Source: Oscillospiraceae bacterium
Lineage (GTDB): Bacteria; Bacillota; Clostridia; Oscillospirales; JAVBNY01
Length of the DNA stretch: 64,000 nucleotides
Assembly: GCA_031551205.1 (NCBI GenBank)
Contig: JAVBNY010000003.1
Coordinates: 20,590-84,589, forward strand
Direction of reading: 5' to 3'
Below, in pieces: positions 9,252 to 19,525 of the stretch. Made by a program: the position numbers and the translations under genes. The number at the start of each line of letters is the position of its first letter. Position 1 is the first letter of the stretch. The notes below the pieces were generated by a model, which did no database searches, was not told where the DNA came from, and saw nothing but the letters and a program-made list of their open reading frames with translations.

Positions 9252-12200
9252 ATGAAAAAAAGCAGAATTGTCTCGATGGTTGCCTGCCTCGCGTTGATAT
9301 CCGCGCTGCTTGCTCCGACCGCGCTGCCCGCGCTTGCCGCTGAAGAGCCGCTCTCAGGCATAACCGACATGAAAATCCAACTCCCCTCCTCCGGCGGACT
9401 TCAGACAAAGGTCGTGGCCGCGCTGTATGAGGGCGGCCAGCAGGGCAACTTTTCCGCGATCAAAACGCTCACCCTCACCGGCCTTATGAACGACGCCGAC
9501 TTCAGGTTCATCCGCACCTCCCTCGGACAGAGCCTCATCGGGCTCAATATCCGCGAGGTCTCCTACACGGGCGGCGTAACCGGCGGGCTGACCGGCTGTA
9601 GTAAGCTCGAATGGGTCAAGCTTCCCTTTGGCACAGAGGTGCCGGATAATTTTTTCTACACATGCACATCGCTTAAAACCGTGGGCGACACGGAGGGCGT
9701 TGTTGACCTGCGCGCGCAAAAGCCTGACATAGGCAACCGCGCCTTCTACGAGGCTCATTCAATCGAAAAAGTGCTTCTGCCCGAGTCGGCCTCGCTGGGC
9801 GTCTTCGTGTTTCAGCATTGCGCTTTACTGAAAACAGTTGGAACCACAGCGGGAGTGGTCGACCTGACAAACCCGCGCTATAGCTTCGGCATCGGCGTTT
9901 TTGCCTCCTGCGAATCCATTGAATGGGTCAAGCTCTGCGACGATTTTACATTTACAAATCAGATGTTCTCCGCCTGCGACGGGCTGAAGACAATCGGAGA
10001 CACGGAGGGCGTTATCGACCTGAGAAAAGCCAAGGCCTTCGGCTCCTCGCTCTTTTCCTATTCTGATCGCATTAACAACGTGCTGCTGCCGCCCGGCGTC
10101 TTCCTTCCCGCAAGCATGTTTGAAAGCTGCTCCGCCCTCGACACTATAGGAAGCGTGAAGGGCGTCGTCGATCTGCGTAACGCCCCGCTCACTTACGGGA
10201 ACTATCTGTTTTATTCCTGCACTAATATAAAGCGGGTCAGGCTGCCTGATGGCGCATCTCTGGGCCTGAGTATGTTTTTGGGGAACAGCAGCCTTAAAAC
10301 AGTGGGAGAGACGGAGGGCGTCGTCGACCTGAGCAATGTTTCCATGCCATACAGGACGGATTTTAACGACTATTCCTGCTTTAATAAGTGCACCTCGATT
10401 GAACGGATCAAGCTGCCGAACGGCGCCTGGCTGACCTACAGCATGTTTTTTCAGTGCACAAGCCTGAAGACCGCGGGCGAGGTTGAGGGCGTGCTCGACC
10501 TTCGAAACATAAACGGCTTTCTTCCCAGCGCCAGCTCGGTGTTCGCCCAGACAGCCGTTGAAAAGGTGCTGCTGCCGAACCGTATCGCCCTCGCCCCGAG
10601 TACCTTTAACACCTGTAAAAGCCTTCGCACGGTCGGGGCCGTCGACGGCGTCGTGGATCTGAGAAACGTCTCCGGCTTTGGAGATATGGCCTTTTACGAA
10701 TGCGGCAATATTGAAAAGGTTCTGCTCGCCGACGGCGCGGACCTTTCGGAAAATTCCACAAGCCTGTTCAGCCGCTGCGGCAAGCTCAGTACGGTTGGAA
10801 GCGCCGACGGGATAATTGACCTGAGCAAATGCGGCCCGGCCTTCGCCCCCTCAATTTTCGCTTACTGCTCTCTGGCGCGGCAGGTCAGACTGCCGCAAAA
10901 CGCCGAGCTTGGAGACTCGACGTTTGCTTATTCCGGCCTGAAAACCGTGGGCGAAACGGAGGGCGTAGCCGATTTGCGCGGCGTCGCGGCTTTCGGGAAC
11001 GCCACCTTTGGCTCCTGCCAGAGCCTCGAACGCGTCCTGCTGCCGAAAAACGCGGTACTGCCCGGTTCGCTGTTTATAAGCTGCCGCTCCCTTAAAACCG
11101 TGGGAGAGACAGAGGGAACGGTTGACCTGCGCGGCGTTAAGTCATTCGGTAACGAAAAAACGGAGGTAAACATCTTCAACGGCTGCGCCTCGGTCACAAA
11201 GGTAATCCTTGCGGACGATGCGTATCTGCCGACCGGAACCTTCTATGGCTGCTCAAATCTCTACGATATCAACCTTACATCCGGCCAGAGGTTCGCCTCA
11301 AGCTGCCTCGCGGGCTGCGGCTTCGATTTTACCGACGTCTCTCAGCTGCCCGAGGCGTTCCTGAAGGGCATTAAAAGCTATGCTTCGGGGCAGCTCCCCA
11401 GAATATACTTCTCGCTCAGCGTGGACTACGACACACAGGTCGTTTTGAAGGGCGGGGCGTTTACCCTGCCGTCTCCCGTCCTGCGCACAAAGAGCGGCAT
11501 GACCTATTCCGCGCTGGCGGCAAATAAGTCGCAGTATTCCGACTGGCTGAGCCAGAGCGTAAGCGTACCCGCTGTCACGACAAAAATTACCTTTAACGGT
11601 GGCAGTGTGCCGTCGGTTAACACCAATAACGCCGGCGTTTACCGCATAACCTATTCAATTCCGGAAAGCCGGGCGGCCGACCGCCACGAAAGACTGTTCA
11701 CCCTGACGGTGCGCGAGCCTGACAGCGCGTGGCTCACGGTCTCAGTCACAACGCCGACGCTTGTCGAGACGCTCAAGTCCGTGCTGGATATATCAACCCA
11801 AAGCGCCGGATATGAAACCGCGTCCCTTACTGCGTACCTGATGGCGGACGGCCGCGCGCAGTATCCGACAAAGCTCACAGACGGAAAGGGCCGCATGACG
11901 ATTGAAAAAACTCCTCCGGCGGGGACATACGCCCTCGTGGTCAAAACCGGCGAGGGCCTTGAGGCTGGGCGCTGCGAGATTACTGTCGCGGCCTACAATC
12001 CTGAGCTGCTGTGGCGCCCGTCGCTGCAAAAGGACCCGGACGGAAGCCTTATTATCATCTTTGGCGACAAGATCTCAGCTAAGGACGGGAAATTTGACAC
12101 CGAGGTCACGGTAGGCGGTCAGATAAAGTCCTGCTCGCAGCTTTTGGATCATGTCCTCAAGGTCGACGCGCTCTTCGGCTCAATCCCGCCGGGCACGGCG

Positions 12201-12287
12201 GTCGTCGCCTCGGGCATCAAATATCCCGCGCTTTTCCCGAGCTACAGCTTCACATTTCAGATGGTCATGCCGGAGAGTGTCGGATGA
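9252..12287 (+). CDS. Secreted BspA-type leucine-rich-repeat surface protein with shared C-terminal module
   Basis: RBS AAAGGAG. Signal peptide MKKSRIVSMVACLALISALLAPTALPALA. About 13 repeats of F..C.SLKTVGETEGVVDLR....G...F..C..IE.V.LP (LRR_5/BspA-like). Ends GIKYPALFPSYSFTFQMVMPESVG. Confidence 0.85.
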   Translation: MKKSRIVSMVACLALISALLAPTALPALAAEEPLSGITDMKIQLPSSGGLQTKVVAALYEGGQQGNFSAIKTLTLTGLMNDADFRFIRTSLGQSLIGLNIREVSYTGGVTGGLTGCSKLEWVKLPFGTEVPDNFFYTCTSLKTVGDTEGVVDLRAQKPDIGNRAFYEAHSIEKVLLPESASLGVFVFQHCALLKTVGTTAGVVDLTNPRYSFGIGVFASCESIEWVKLCDDFTFTNQMFSACDGLKTIGDTEGVIDLRKAKAFGSSLFSYSDRINNVLLPPGVFLPASMFESCSALDTIGSVKGVVDLRNAPLTYGNYLFYSCTNIKRVRLPDGASLGLSMFLGNSSLKTVGETEGVVDLSNVSMPYRTDFNDYSCFNKCTSIERIKLPNGAWLTYSMFFQCTSLKTAGEVEGVLDLRNINGFLPSASSVFAQTAVEKVLLPNRIALAPSTFNTCKSLRTVGAVDGVVDLRNVSGFGDMAFYECGNIEKVLLADGADLSENSTSLFSRCGKLSTVGSADGIIDLSKCGPAFAPSIFAYCSLARQVRLPQNAELGDSTFAYSGLKTVGETEGVADLRGVAAFGNATFGSCQSLERVLLPKNAVLPGSLFISCRSLKTVGETEGTVDLRGVKSFGNEKTEVNIFNGCASVTKVILADDAYLPTGTFYGCSNLYDINLTSGQRFASSCLAGCGFDFTDVSQLPEAFLKGIKSYASGQLPRIYFSLSVDYDTQVVLKGGAFTLPSPVLRTKSGMTYSALAANKSQYSDWLSQSVSVPAVTTKITFNGGSVPSVNTNNAGVYRITYSIPESRAADRHERLFTLTVREPDSAWLTVSVTTPTLVETLKSVLDISTQSAGYETASLTAYLMADGRAQYPTKLTDGKGRMTIEKTPPAGTYALVVKTGEGLEAGRCEITVAAYNPELLWRPSLQKDPDGSLIIIFGDKISAKDGKFDTEVTVGGQIKSCSQLLDHVLKVDALFGSIPPGTAVVASGIKYPALFPSYSFTFQMVMPESVG
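11724..12284 (+). other. Shared C-terminal module, copy 2 (187 aa)
   Basis: SAWLTVSVTT...PPAGTYALVVKTGE...PELLWRPSL...GTAVVASGIKYPALFPSYSFTFQMVMPESVG. Confidence 0.8.
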
Positions 12288-12327
12288 TTAACCCTGCCTG
12301 TATCCTTTTTTAGGTATTTACGCCGCG

Positions 12328-12364
12328 CAAGAAGGCCGTCCGTTTTGATCGGACGGCCTTCTTG
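12328..12364 (+). terminator. Stem-loop after the LRR gene (possible terminator, no clear U-tract)
   Basis: CAAGAAGGCCGTCCG-ttttgat-CGGACGGCCTTCTTG, a perfect 15-bp stem. The downstream sequence is not T-rich. Confidence 0.4.
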
Positions 12365-12417
12365 CAGGGATGCGCACGTCACAAATATTTCAAAACTGTA
12401 CAAGTTTTTTGTATATC

Positions 12418-12446
12418 TTGACCAAGTCTCACAGTTGTGATAATAT
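12418..12446 (+). promoter_or_regulatory. Candidate sigma-A promoter of the BACON-repeat giant gene
   Basis: TTGACC, 17 nt, TAATAT (12418-12423 / 12441-12446), ~115 nt upstream of ATG 12561. Confidence 0.45.
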
Positions 12447-12560
12447 CAATCCGGAATAATTTACCTTATACCTTATAAGTATACTTATAAAAAAGGAGGC
12501 TCGCAGGATTGTCCATTGCTCTGTTCTTTAGCTATTAACAAAAAGAAAGAGGCGGAAAAA

Positions 12561-15500
12561 ATGAGGATAAAAAAAGCTCTGTTATTTATTGTGGCATTCA
12601 GTGTGATCATTGCTTTGTCGGCTTCGGTTTTTCAGGCGTCTGCCGTGAGCTACACAGCTCAGGGCGGGTCGGGCTCGCAGACCATCCCGTCAACCTACAA
12701 AAACAACTTCACCGCTACGTCAAATGTCTCCTGGGTTACCATATCCAAGTCGACAACCTCGTTTTCCTACACTGTGGCGGCAAACTACTCCACCTCCTCA
12801 AGATCCGGTACCATTACATATAAATACGGCACCACGACCGGGACAATCCCGGTTTCCCAGTCGGGCGCGACGATGAATGTCTCAACCTCGAGCCATTCCT
12901 CCCCCTATGGAGGCGACCAGTTCTCATTCTCCGCCTCCTCGATTGTCCCCTCATCAATGAGCGTAAGCGTATCGGACAACGCCTCATGGGTCTCCACCGG
13001 CAGCTACGGAACAAACTACTGGATTGCCACCGTCGATCCTAACACCTCCACCTCGTCGAGGAGCGCCACGATCACGGTGAGCGCCAAAAACGGCTCAACC
13101 ACAGTCGTTACAAAGACAATTTCAATCTCACAGGCGGGCACTCCAGCTCCAACGCTGACTGTCAGCCCCACCTCGTGGTCCCCATCGTACGGTTCGGCCT
13201 CAACCAGCTTCTCAGTCTCCACAAACCAGTCGTCCTGGAGCTACAGCTCGGGGGCCTCATGGATATCCGGCTCAAAATCCGGCTCGACTCTCACACTTTC
13301 CGTCACGGCGAATACGAGCACATCCTCGCGTTCGGGCAGCGTCACGGTCAGCGCCGGGGGCCTGACAAGAACCATCTCGGTCACGCAAGCAGGCGCCCCT
13401 GCGCCGACGCTGACTGTCAGCCCCACCTCGTGGTCGCCCACGGCGGCATCCGCCTCAAGCAACTTCTCGGTCTCCACAAACCAGTCGTCCTGGAGCTACA
13501 GCTCGGGGGCCTCATGGATATCCGGCTCAAAGTCCGGCTCCACGCTTGCTCTTTCCGTTACGGCAAATACGAGCGCGTCCTCGCGCTCGGGCAGCGTCAC
13601 GGTCAGCGCCGGGGGCCTGACAAGGACGATCACGGTTACGCAGGACGGAGCGACCATGACGGTATCCACCTCCAGTCACGCGTCGCCCTACGGCGGCGAC
13701 CAATTCTCGTTTTCCGCCGCTGTGGTTCCGTCGTCGCTCAGCGTGAGCGTTTCAGACAACGCCTCGTGGGTGTCCACTGGCAGCTACGGTACGAACTACT
13801 GGATCGCCACCGTCGATGAGAACACCTCCACCTCTTCGAGGAGCGCTACGATTACGGTTTCCGCAAGCAACGGCATAACAAGAACCATCTCGGTTACGCA
13901 GGCAGGCGCCCCGGCGCCGACGCTGACCGTCAGCCCCACCTCGTGGTCGCCCACGGCGGCATCCGCCTCAAGCAACTTCTCGGTCTCCACAAACCAGTCG
14001 TCCTGGAGCTACAGCTCGGGGGCCTCATGGATAACAGGCTCAAAATCCGGCTCCACGCTTGCCCTTTCCGTTACGGCGAATACGAGCTCCTCCTCGCGAT
14101 CCGGCAGCGTCACGGTCAGCGCCGGGGGCCTGACAAGGACGATCACGGTCACGCAGGACGGCGTGACGATGACGGTATCCACCTCCAGTCACTCATCGCC
14201 CACTGCGGGAGACACGTTCACCTTCACTGCCACAACGGTTCCGGTCTCACAATATGTCAAGGTCACCTGCCCAAGCTGGATATCGCTTTCAGAGCCGACA
14301 AACCACTACTATAATGTAACGGTTTCGCCGAACCTCACCGCCTCTCAGCGTACTGGGACGATCACTGTTGAGGCGATAAACGGCACGACGACGATCATCT
14401 CAAAGACGATCACGGTCACGCAAGACGGCGTTTCGATGACCGTTTCCGCCTCCAGCCACGCGTCGCCTTCAGTGGGCGACCAGTTCTCCTTTTCAGCCGC
14501 AACCGTTCCGTCGTCTCTGACAGTGCGGATATCGGATAACGCCTCGTGGGTATCCACCGGCAGCTACGGAACGAACTACTGGATCGCCGATGTCGCGCAG
14601 AACACCACGACAGACCAGCGCAGCGCGGTAATTACGCTTGAGGCGCTCAACGGCTCAACGGTCGTCGCGACTAAGACAATAGCCGTTACCCAGGCCGGGA
14701 CGGTGATGTCGGTGTCAACCGCGAGCCACTCTTCGCCCGTGGGCGGCGACACATTTACCTTTACCGTGTCGCCCTCTTACCTTTCATGCAGCGTCACGCC
14801 GGGCGCATCGTGGATCACTTACGGCCAGCCCAGCCAAAACTACTTTAACGTGACGGTGGCCCCGAATACGACCGCCGCGCAGAGAAGCGCCAACATCACA
14901 ATCTCCTCCGGCAGTGTTTCAAAAACGATTACGGTCACGCAGGAAGGCGTGACGATGACCGTGTCCGCATCAAGCCACGCATCGCCCGCCGCGGGAGATA
15001 CGTTTACCTTCACGGCGACGACAAATCCGGTAAACCAGCTTGTAAAGGTCACAAAATCGGCCGACTGGATCACGACCTCCGAGCCGACAAACCACTATTT
15101 CAATATAACGGTCGCTAAAAACACCACAACCTCAGCCAGAACCGGGACAATAACCGTCGAGGCGGTCAGCGGCGGAACGGCTATCATTACAAAGACCATC
15201 ACGGTCACGCAGGCGGCCGACCCGGTGTCTCTTACGGTCTCCACCGCGAGCCATGATTCGCCCGCCGCGGGCGACCAGTTCTCCTTCTCGGCCACGGTCA
15301 GCCCCTCGGGGCTTAACGTCAAAATCACGCCCAGCGCCTCGTGGATAACCTCGGGCAGCTACGGCACGAATTACTGGATCGCCACCGTCGCCCCGAACAC
15401 CTCCGCCTCGAGCAGAAGCGGGACGATAAAGGTCGAGGCCTTGGACGGCTCTACCGTCGTCGCGACGAAGACCATAAACGTCACGCAGGCCGGAATCAGC

Positions 15501-18500
15501 GTCACGATGACAGTGTCAACCGCAAGCCACGGCTCACCGGGCGCGGGAGATACGTTCACCTTCACTGCAACTACAAACCCCGTCAGCCAGCTTGTCAAGG
15601 TCACTGAAACGGCCGACTGGATCTCCATGTCGGAGCCGATAAATCACTATTACAACGTAACGGTGGCCCCCAATACCACCGGAAAGGCGAGGAGCGCCAC
15701 GATCACGGTTGACGCCATGTCAGGATCGACGGTTCTTATATCAAAGACGATCACAGTTACGCAGGCCGTTGCCGACGTGACAATGACCATGTCGTCCGAA
15801 AGCCACAACTCACCCGGAGAGGGCGAGACGTTCACATTCACTGCCACGACAAACCCTGTCGACCAGCATGTCAAGGTCACGGAAACGGCCGACTGGATAA
15901 GCGTCTCCGAGCCGACAAACCACTACTACCAGGTGACGGTGCTGGATAACAAAACGGGCACGCCGAGAAACGCCACGATAACCGTTCAGGCGATGGTGGG
16001 CTCCACTGTGCTGATCACAAAAAAGCTTGTCGTAACGCAGAACGCGACAACGCTGAAGATTTCAACCTCTTACCACAAATCCCCCGCCGCGGGCGACAGC
16101 TTCGTCTTCACCACGACGACCTATCCGGCAAACGCGACCGTAAAGATCACGCGCAGCGCGGAGTGGATCGCGACCTCTGAGCCCACAAGCCACTACTTTA
16201 TCATTACGGTGGCGCCGAACACGACGACCTTTGAAAAGACGGCTGTCATTACGGTTGAGGCCGGCGAGGTCAAAAAGACCATCAACGTCGTTCAGGAGGC
16301 GGGTCAGGTTCTCAACTTCAACGCGCCGGAAATAAGCCTCGGCAGCAAGTTCAGCGACACCATGCACGGCCCGAAGATAAGCTTTCTGGGGATGGAGTTT
16401 GAGGCCTTCTCGATGGACGTCGGCATAGACCTCCCGCAGAACAAAAACCTTGGGCTTTCCCTTGCCAACGACGCCGCCGAGAAGAAGTACAAGCTTTCAA
16501 TCGGGCTTGAAAAATCCCAGCCGGAGCAGGACCCCAAGGATTCCTATTGGAAGCAGAACTACGCGAATATCAAGCAGCTCGTAGGCCTTGCGGGAAAGAA
16601 CACCTCCTCGTCCTTCTACAATAAATTCAGAAGCATGAGGGGCGTTTTGAGAAGCCATAATCTTCAGGCCGGCTTCCAGGCCAGCGGCAGCGTGACGGGA
16701 TACATGGAGTGGGATTACTCCACAGGCGCGATGCGCTTCTCCGAGGGCGGGCTGGTCATCGCCTTCTCGACAGACCTGAGCTTTAAGTATCCGCTTCCCC
16801 CCGCGCCGGTCGTATACCTGAAATTTGGCATCGAGCTTGAGGCGAGCGGCGCGTTTAAGCTGGTTTTGCAGGATGTCGGACAGATAACCCAGCACGTCAC
16901 AGCCTCAGGGACAGTCGGATTCTCGGCCACGCCCTATATGGGGGTTGGTCTCGACGTGCTCATCGCGAACGTGGAGGCCGGTCTGAAGGGCGCCTTTGAG
17001 GCGGAGATCGGCATACCCTCGGCCAAATTTACCCTGGATTTCACGGGTAAAATGTACCTTAAATACAGCGTTCTCTTCTGGGGCGACGAGCGTACGTGGG
17101 ACTTCCCAAAAATTCAGCTCTATCCGAGAAAGGCATCCCTGATGAGCTCTCTCGCGGGCATACAGATGGACGACCTCAAGCCGCTGCCGCGTGATTACCT
17201 GAAAAGCGGGCTTATGGCAAGGGCGGCGATTATCCCGGGCGTTATCAAGGCGAACACATACCCTTACGGTGAGCCGCAGCTTATAAAGCTCCCCTCCGGC
17301 GGCGATCTGCTCGTGTTTATTGACGACGACGGCACAAGGTCGGATGAAAACCGCACGACCCTGAAATACAGCGTCAACAGCGGAAGCGGCTGGAGCGCCC
17401 CCGCCGCCGTTCTTGAGGACGGCACGGCCGACTTCTCGCCGAGGCTGGCCTCAGACGGAGAGCATGTTTATCTCGCGTGGCAGAATTCCAACAGGATACT
17501 GCCCGAGGGCGCGACGCTTACCGACGCGCTCAGGTCGGTCGACGTCTCATTTGCCAAGTTTGACGGCGCCGTCTTCACGGACTTCGCGGATCTCACCGGC
17601 CCGGACAACACCGCCTACGAAAAGGATCTCTGCATCGCGGCCCGCAAGGGGGAGGTCTCTGTGGCCTACATAATCAACTCCGAGAACGACCACTCCGGCC
17701 TCAGCGGGACAAACAGCATCGTCCGCCGCCGCATGACCGACTCCGTCTGGCAGGAGGCTGAAACGCTTGCCTCCGGCAGGCAGCGCATAACGAGCCACGC
17801 GATAGGATATAACGGCGAGCTCTGCGTTTCGGCCTTCACGGAGGATCTCGACGGTGACGCGGCCACTCAGGACGACTGCGAGCTCTTCTACATCAACGGC
17901 AGCACGGTCCAGCGGATGACCGACGACGAAAGGGTGGACTACGGCGCGAGCTTCTCCGACGGAGAGCTCTTCTGGATGTCCGACAAGACGCTTAGAAGTC
18001 TTTCCGGTGCCTATGCCATCGATACGGCCGACAGGATTACGGGCTACAGGGTGCTTTCAGACGCGCACGGAGGGCGTGCGATAGTGTGGGAGGTAACGGA
18101 CGGCTTTAAAAATGAGGCGTACTGCTCATACTATGACGCGGCCGAGCATGGCTTCGGCGGCGCCGTGCCGATAACGTCCTATGGAGGCAAAATCCGCGAT
18201 ATAAACGGGTATCTCGATGAGGACGGCAGCATCAACTTCGCGTTTAATCTTATCAATGTCAGCGATTCCGGAGAAAAGCCTTACGGCAGCGTCGACCTCA
18301 GGGTGGCGAACATGACGCAGAAATGCGACGTCACCGTCACGGGCGGCGCCTACGCCACCGGCGACATCCTCCCGGGCAATACGGTCGGCCTGACAATAGA
18401 GGCCAGAAACAACGGCGCGAAGACCATCGGCAGCTTCAGGCTCAATGTATACGGTGCCTCGGGCGCGCTGCTGAGCAGCAAAACGGTCTCTCAGGCGCTC

Positions 18501-19508
18501 GCCTCGGGTGAAAGCGCCGAGTTCACGGCGCAGTATACCCTGCCCGCCAATCTTACAAGGCACACCGTGAAGACTGAAATTCTGCCCCTCGGCTTTACGG
18601 ACTCAAATCCCGCCGACAACGTATCACAGATCGAGCTCGGATACGCCGATCTGACGGTTACGGGCGCCGCAAGCGTCTCCGCCGCTCAGAAGCATAACAT
18701 TACGGTGCACGTCAAAAACTCAGGCTACGACAAGGCCTCCGGCGTGAAAGTCACGCTGTTTGACGGCTCAAACTTCGGGAATGTCATCGGCGCCGCGTCC
18801 CTTGCGGACATTGCCGCCGGACAGAGCGCCAACGCGGTAATCATGATTGACGACAGCAGCATCTCCTCGCCCGACGGCATTAAGATGATCTTCTGCTCCG
18901 TCGAGACGCAGGATCCGGAGACGTTGTATAACAACAACGGGTTGAGCTATGTCATTAATGAACTGCCCGTCGTCGCCGTAGCTATCGAGCCCGGCACAAT
19001 CGTTGCCGACCACCAGACAAACCTCAGTCTCAGGCTCTCGGGCGTCAGCTTTGGGGGAAGGCGCATTGAAGCTCATCTCGCCAAGGACGGCTTTATTGTC
19101 GGAGAGATCTATCAGATAGCTTCGGAAACCTCTGTGCTGAGACTTCAGAGCGCCCCCGCAGCCGGGACATACACTGTCGAGGTGCGCATATACGAGGGAA
19201 CGGCGCTCGTCGCCTCCGGCTCCGCGCCGCTTGAGATAGTCAATCCTCCGGCCAATATCTGGAGCCCGAGCATCATCTCACAAAACGGTAAGCTCGGTAT
19301 CCTTTTTGGCGAGGAGATCACCTTAGCGCCAACCTTCTCCGTGAAGCTCAACGGCTCACCGGTCACAGCTTCGCAGGATTCGGCCTACAGTATACTGACA
19401 GACAAGGAGCTTGCCTCCGTCCTGCCCGGCAGCAAGATTATTATCACGGGCATAAAATATCCTCGCCTCTACCCGAGCTACTCCTTCTCATTCACAATCG
19501 AACGGTAA
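12561..19508 (+). CDS. Giant secreted surface protein: ~14 BACON-like repeats + uncharacterised beta-rich domain + propeller-like region + 2 CARDB + shared C-terminal module
   Basis: ATG 12561 after AAAGAGG, so the TTG 12516 extension is rejected. Signal peptide MRIKKALLFIVAFSVIIALSASVFQASA. About 14 repeats of the type S.SSP..GD.F.F.A...P....V.(V/I).....W(V/I)S......NY(W/Y/F)...V..NT....R.A.ITV.A......KTITVTQ.G, which is the BACON pattern. CARDB-like segments LPGNTVGLTIEARNNGAKT and ITVHVKNSGYDKASGVKVTLF. Ends GIKYPRLYPSYSFSFTIER. Confidence 0.85.
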   Translation: MRIKKALLFIVAFSVIIALSASVFQASAVSYTAQGGSGSQTIPSTYKNNFTATSNVSWVTISKSTTSFSYTVAANYSTSSRSGTITYKYGTTTGTIPVSQSGATMNVSTSSHSSPYGGDQFSFSASSIVPSSMSVSVSDNASWVSTGSYGTNYWIATVDPNTSTSSRSATITVSAKNGSTTVVTKTISISQAGTPAPTLTVSPTSWSPSYGSASTSFSVSTNQSSWSYSSGASWISGSKSGSTLTLSVTANTSTSSRSGSVTVSAGGLTRTISVTQAGAPAPTLTVSPTSWSPTAASASSNFSVSTNQSSWSYSSGASWISGSKSGSTLALSVTANTSASSRSGSVTVSAGGLTRTITVTQDGATMTVSTSSHASPYGGDQFSFSAAVVPSSLSVSVSDNASWVSTGSYGTNYWIATVDENTSTSSRSATITVSASNGITRTISVTQAGAPAPTLTVSPTSWSPTAASASSNFSVSTNQSSWSYSSGASWITGSKSGSTLALSVTANTSSSSRSGSVTVSAGGLTRTITVTQDGVTMTVSTSSHSSPTAGDTFTFTATTVPVSQYVKVTCPSWISLSEPTNHYYNVTVSPNLTASQRTGTITVEAINGTTTIISKTITVTQDGVSMTVSASSHASPSVGDQFSFSAATVPSSLTVRISDNASWVSTGSYGTNYWIADVAQNTTTDQRSAVITLEALNGSTVVATKTIAVTQAGTVMSVSTASHSSPVGGDTFTFTVSPSYLSCSVTPGASWITYGQPSQNYFNVTVAPNTTAAQRSANITISSGSVSKTITVTQEGVTMTVSASSHASPAAGDTFTFTATTNPVNQLVKVTKSADWITTSEPTNHYFNITVAKNTTTSARTGTITVEAVSGGTAIITKTITVTQAADPVSLTVSTASHDSPAAGDQFSFSATVSPSGLNVKITPSASWITSGSYGTNYWIATVAPNTSASSRSGTIKVEALDGSTVVATKTINVTQAGISVTMTVSTASHGSPGAGDTFTFTATTNPVSQLVKVTETADWISMSEPINHYYNVTVAPNTTGKARSATITVDAMSGSTVLISKTITVTQAVADVTMTMSSESHNSPGEGETFTFTATTNPVDQHVKVTETADWISVSEPTNHYYQVTVLDNKTGTPRNATITVQAMVGSTVLITKKLVVTQNATTLKISTSYHKSPAAGDSFVFTTTTYPANATVKITRSAEWIATSEPTSHYFIITVAPNTTTFEKTAVITVEAGEVKKTINVVQEAGQVLNFNAPEISLGSKFSDTMHGPKISFLGMEFEAFSMDVGIDLPQNKNLGLSLANDAAEKKYKLSIGLEKSQPEQDPKDSYWKQNYANIKQLVGLAGKNTSSSFYNKFRSMRGVLRSHNLQAGFQASGSVTGYMEWDYSTGAMRFSEGGLVIAFSTDLSFKYPLPPAPVVYLKFGIELEASGAFKLVLQDVGQITQHVTASGTVGFSATPYMGVGLDVLIANVEAGLKGAFEAEIGIPSAKFTLDFTGKMYLKYSVLFWGDERTWDFPKIQLYPRKASLMSSLAGIQMDDLKPLPRDYLKSGLMARAAIIPGVIKANTYPYGEPQLIKLPSGGDLLVFIDDDGTRSDENRTTLKYSVNSGSGWSAPAAVLEDGTADFSPRLASDGEHVYLAWQNSNRILPEGATLTDALRSVDVSFAKFDGAVFTDFADLTGPDNTAYEKDLCIAARKGEVSVAYIINSENDHSGLSGTNSIVRRRMTDSVWQEAETLASGRQRITSHAIGYNGELCVSAFTEDLDGDAATQDDCELFYINGSTVQRMTDDERVDYGASFSDGELFWMSDKTLRSLSGAYAIDTADRITGYRVLSDAHGGRAIVWEVTDGFKNEAYCSYYDAAEHGFGGAVPITSYGGKIRDINGYLDEDGSINFAFNLINVSDSGEKPYGSVDLRVANMTQKCDVTVTGGAYATGDILPGNTVGLTIEARNNGAKTIGSFRLNVYGASGALLSSKTVSQALASGESAEFTAQYTLPANLTRHTVKTEILPLGFTDSNPADNVSQIELGYADLTVTGAASVSAAQKHNITVHVKNSGYDKASGVKVTLFDGSNFGNVIGAASLADIAAGQSANAVIMIDDSSISSPDGIKMIFCSVETQDPETLYNNNGLSYVINELPVVAVAIEPGTIVADHQTNLSLRLSGVSFGGRRIEAHLAKDGFIVGEIYQIASETSVLRLQSAPAAGTYTVEVRIYEGTALVASGSAPLEIVNPPANIWSPSIISQNGKLGILFGEEITLAPTFSVKLNGSPVTASQDSAYSILTDKELASVLPGSKIIITGIKYPRLYPSYSFSFTIER
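12860..14190 (+). repeat. Near-identical intragenic tandem DNA duplications within the BACON array
   Basis: acgctgac(t/c)gtcagccccacctcgtggtc... recurs at 13152, 13407 and 13920. The stretches 13407-13690 and 13920-14200 differ at only a few positions. The flanking domain (12860-13040) also recurs at 13650-13830. Confidence 0.8.
18969..19505 (+). other. Shared C-terminal module, copy 3 (179 aa)
   Basis: VVAVAIEPGTIVAD...APAAGTYTVEVRIYEG...PANIWSPSI...GSKIIITGIKYPRLYPSYSFSFTIER. Confidence 0.8.
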
Positions 19509-19525
19509 CTTTCCCTGCAGTACAA

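Noticed and set aside
12860-16300. Regularly spaced ~255-bp repeats that could superficially suggest a CRISPR-like or satellite array.
   Set aside because: The periodicity is in-frame and encodes BACON-like protein domains within one continuous ORF. The repeats are far longer than CRISPR repeats, there are no unique spacers, and no cas genes are present.
9252-19508. A diversity-generating retroelement targeting the LRR or BACON surface proteins.
   Set aside because: No reverse transcriptase ORF is present, and no template/variable repeat pair with adenine-specific differences is visible anywhere in the window.
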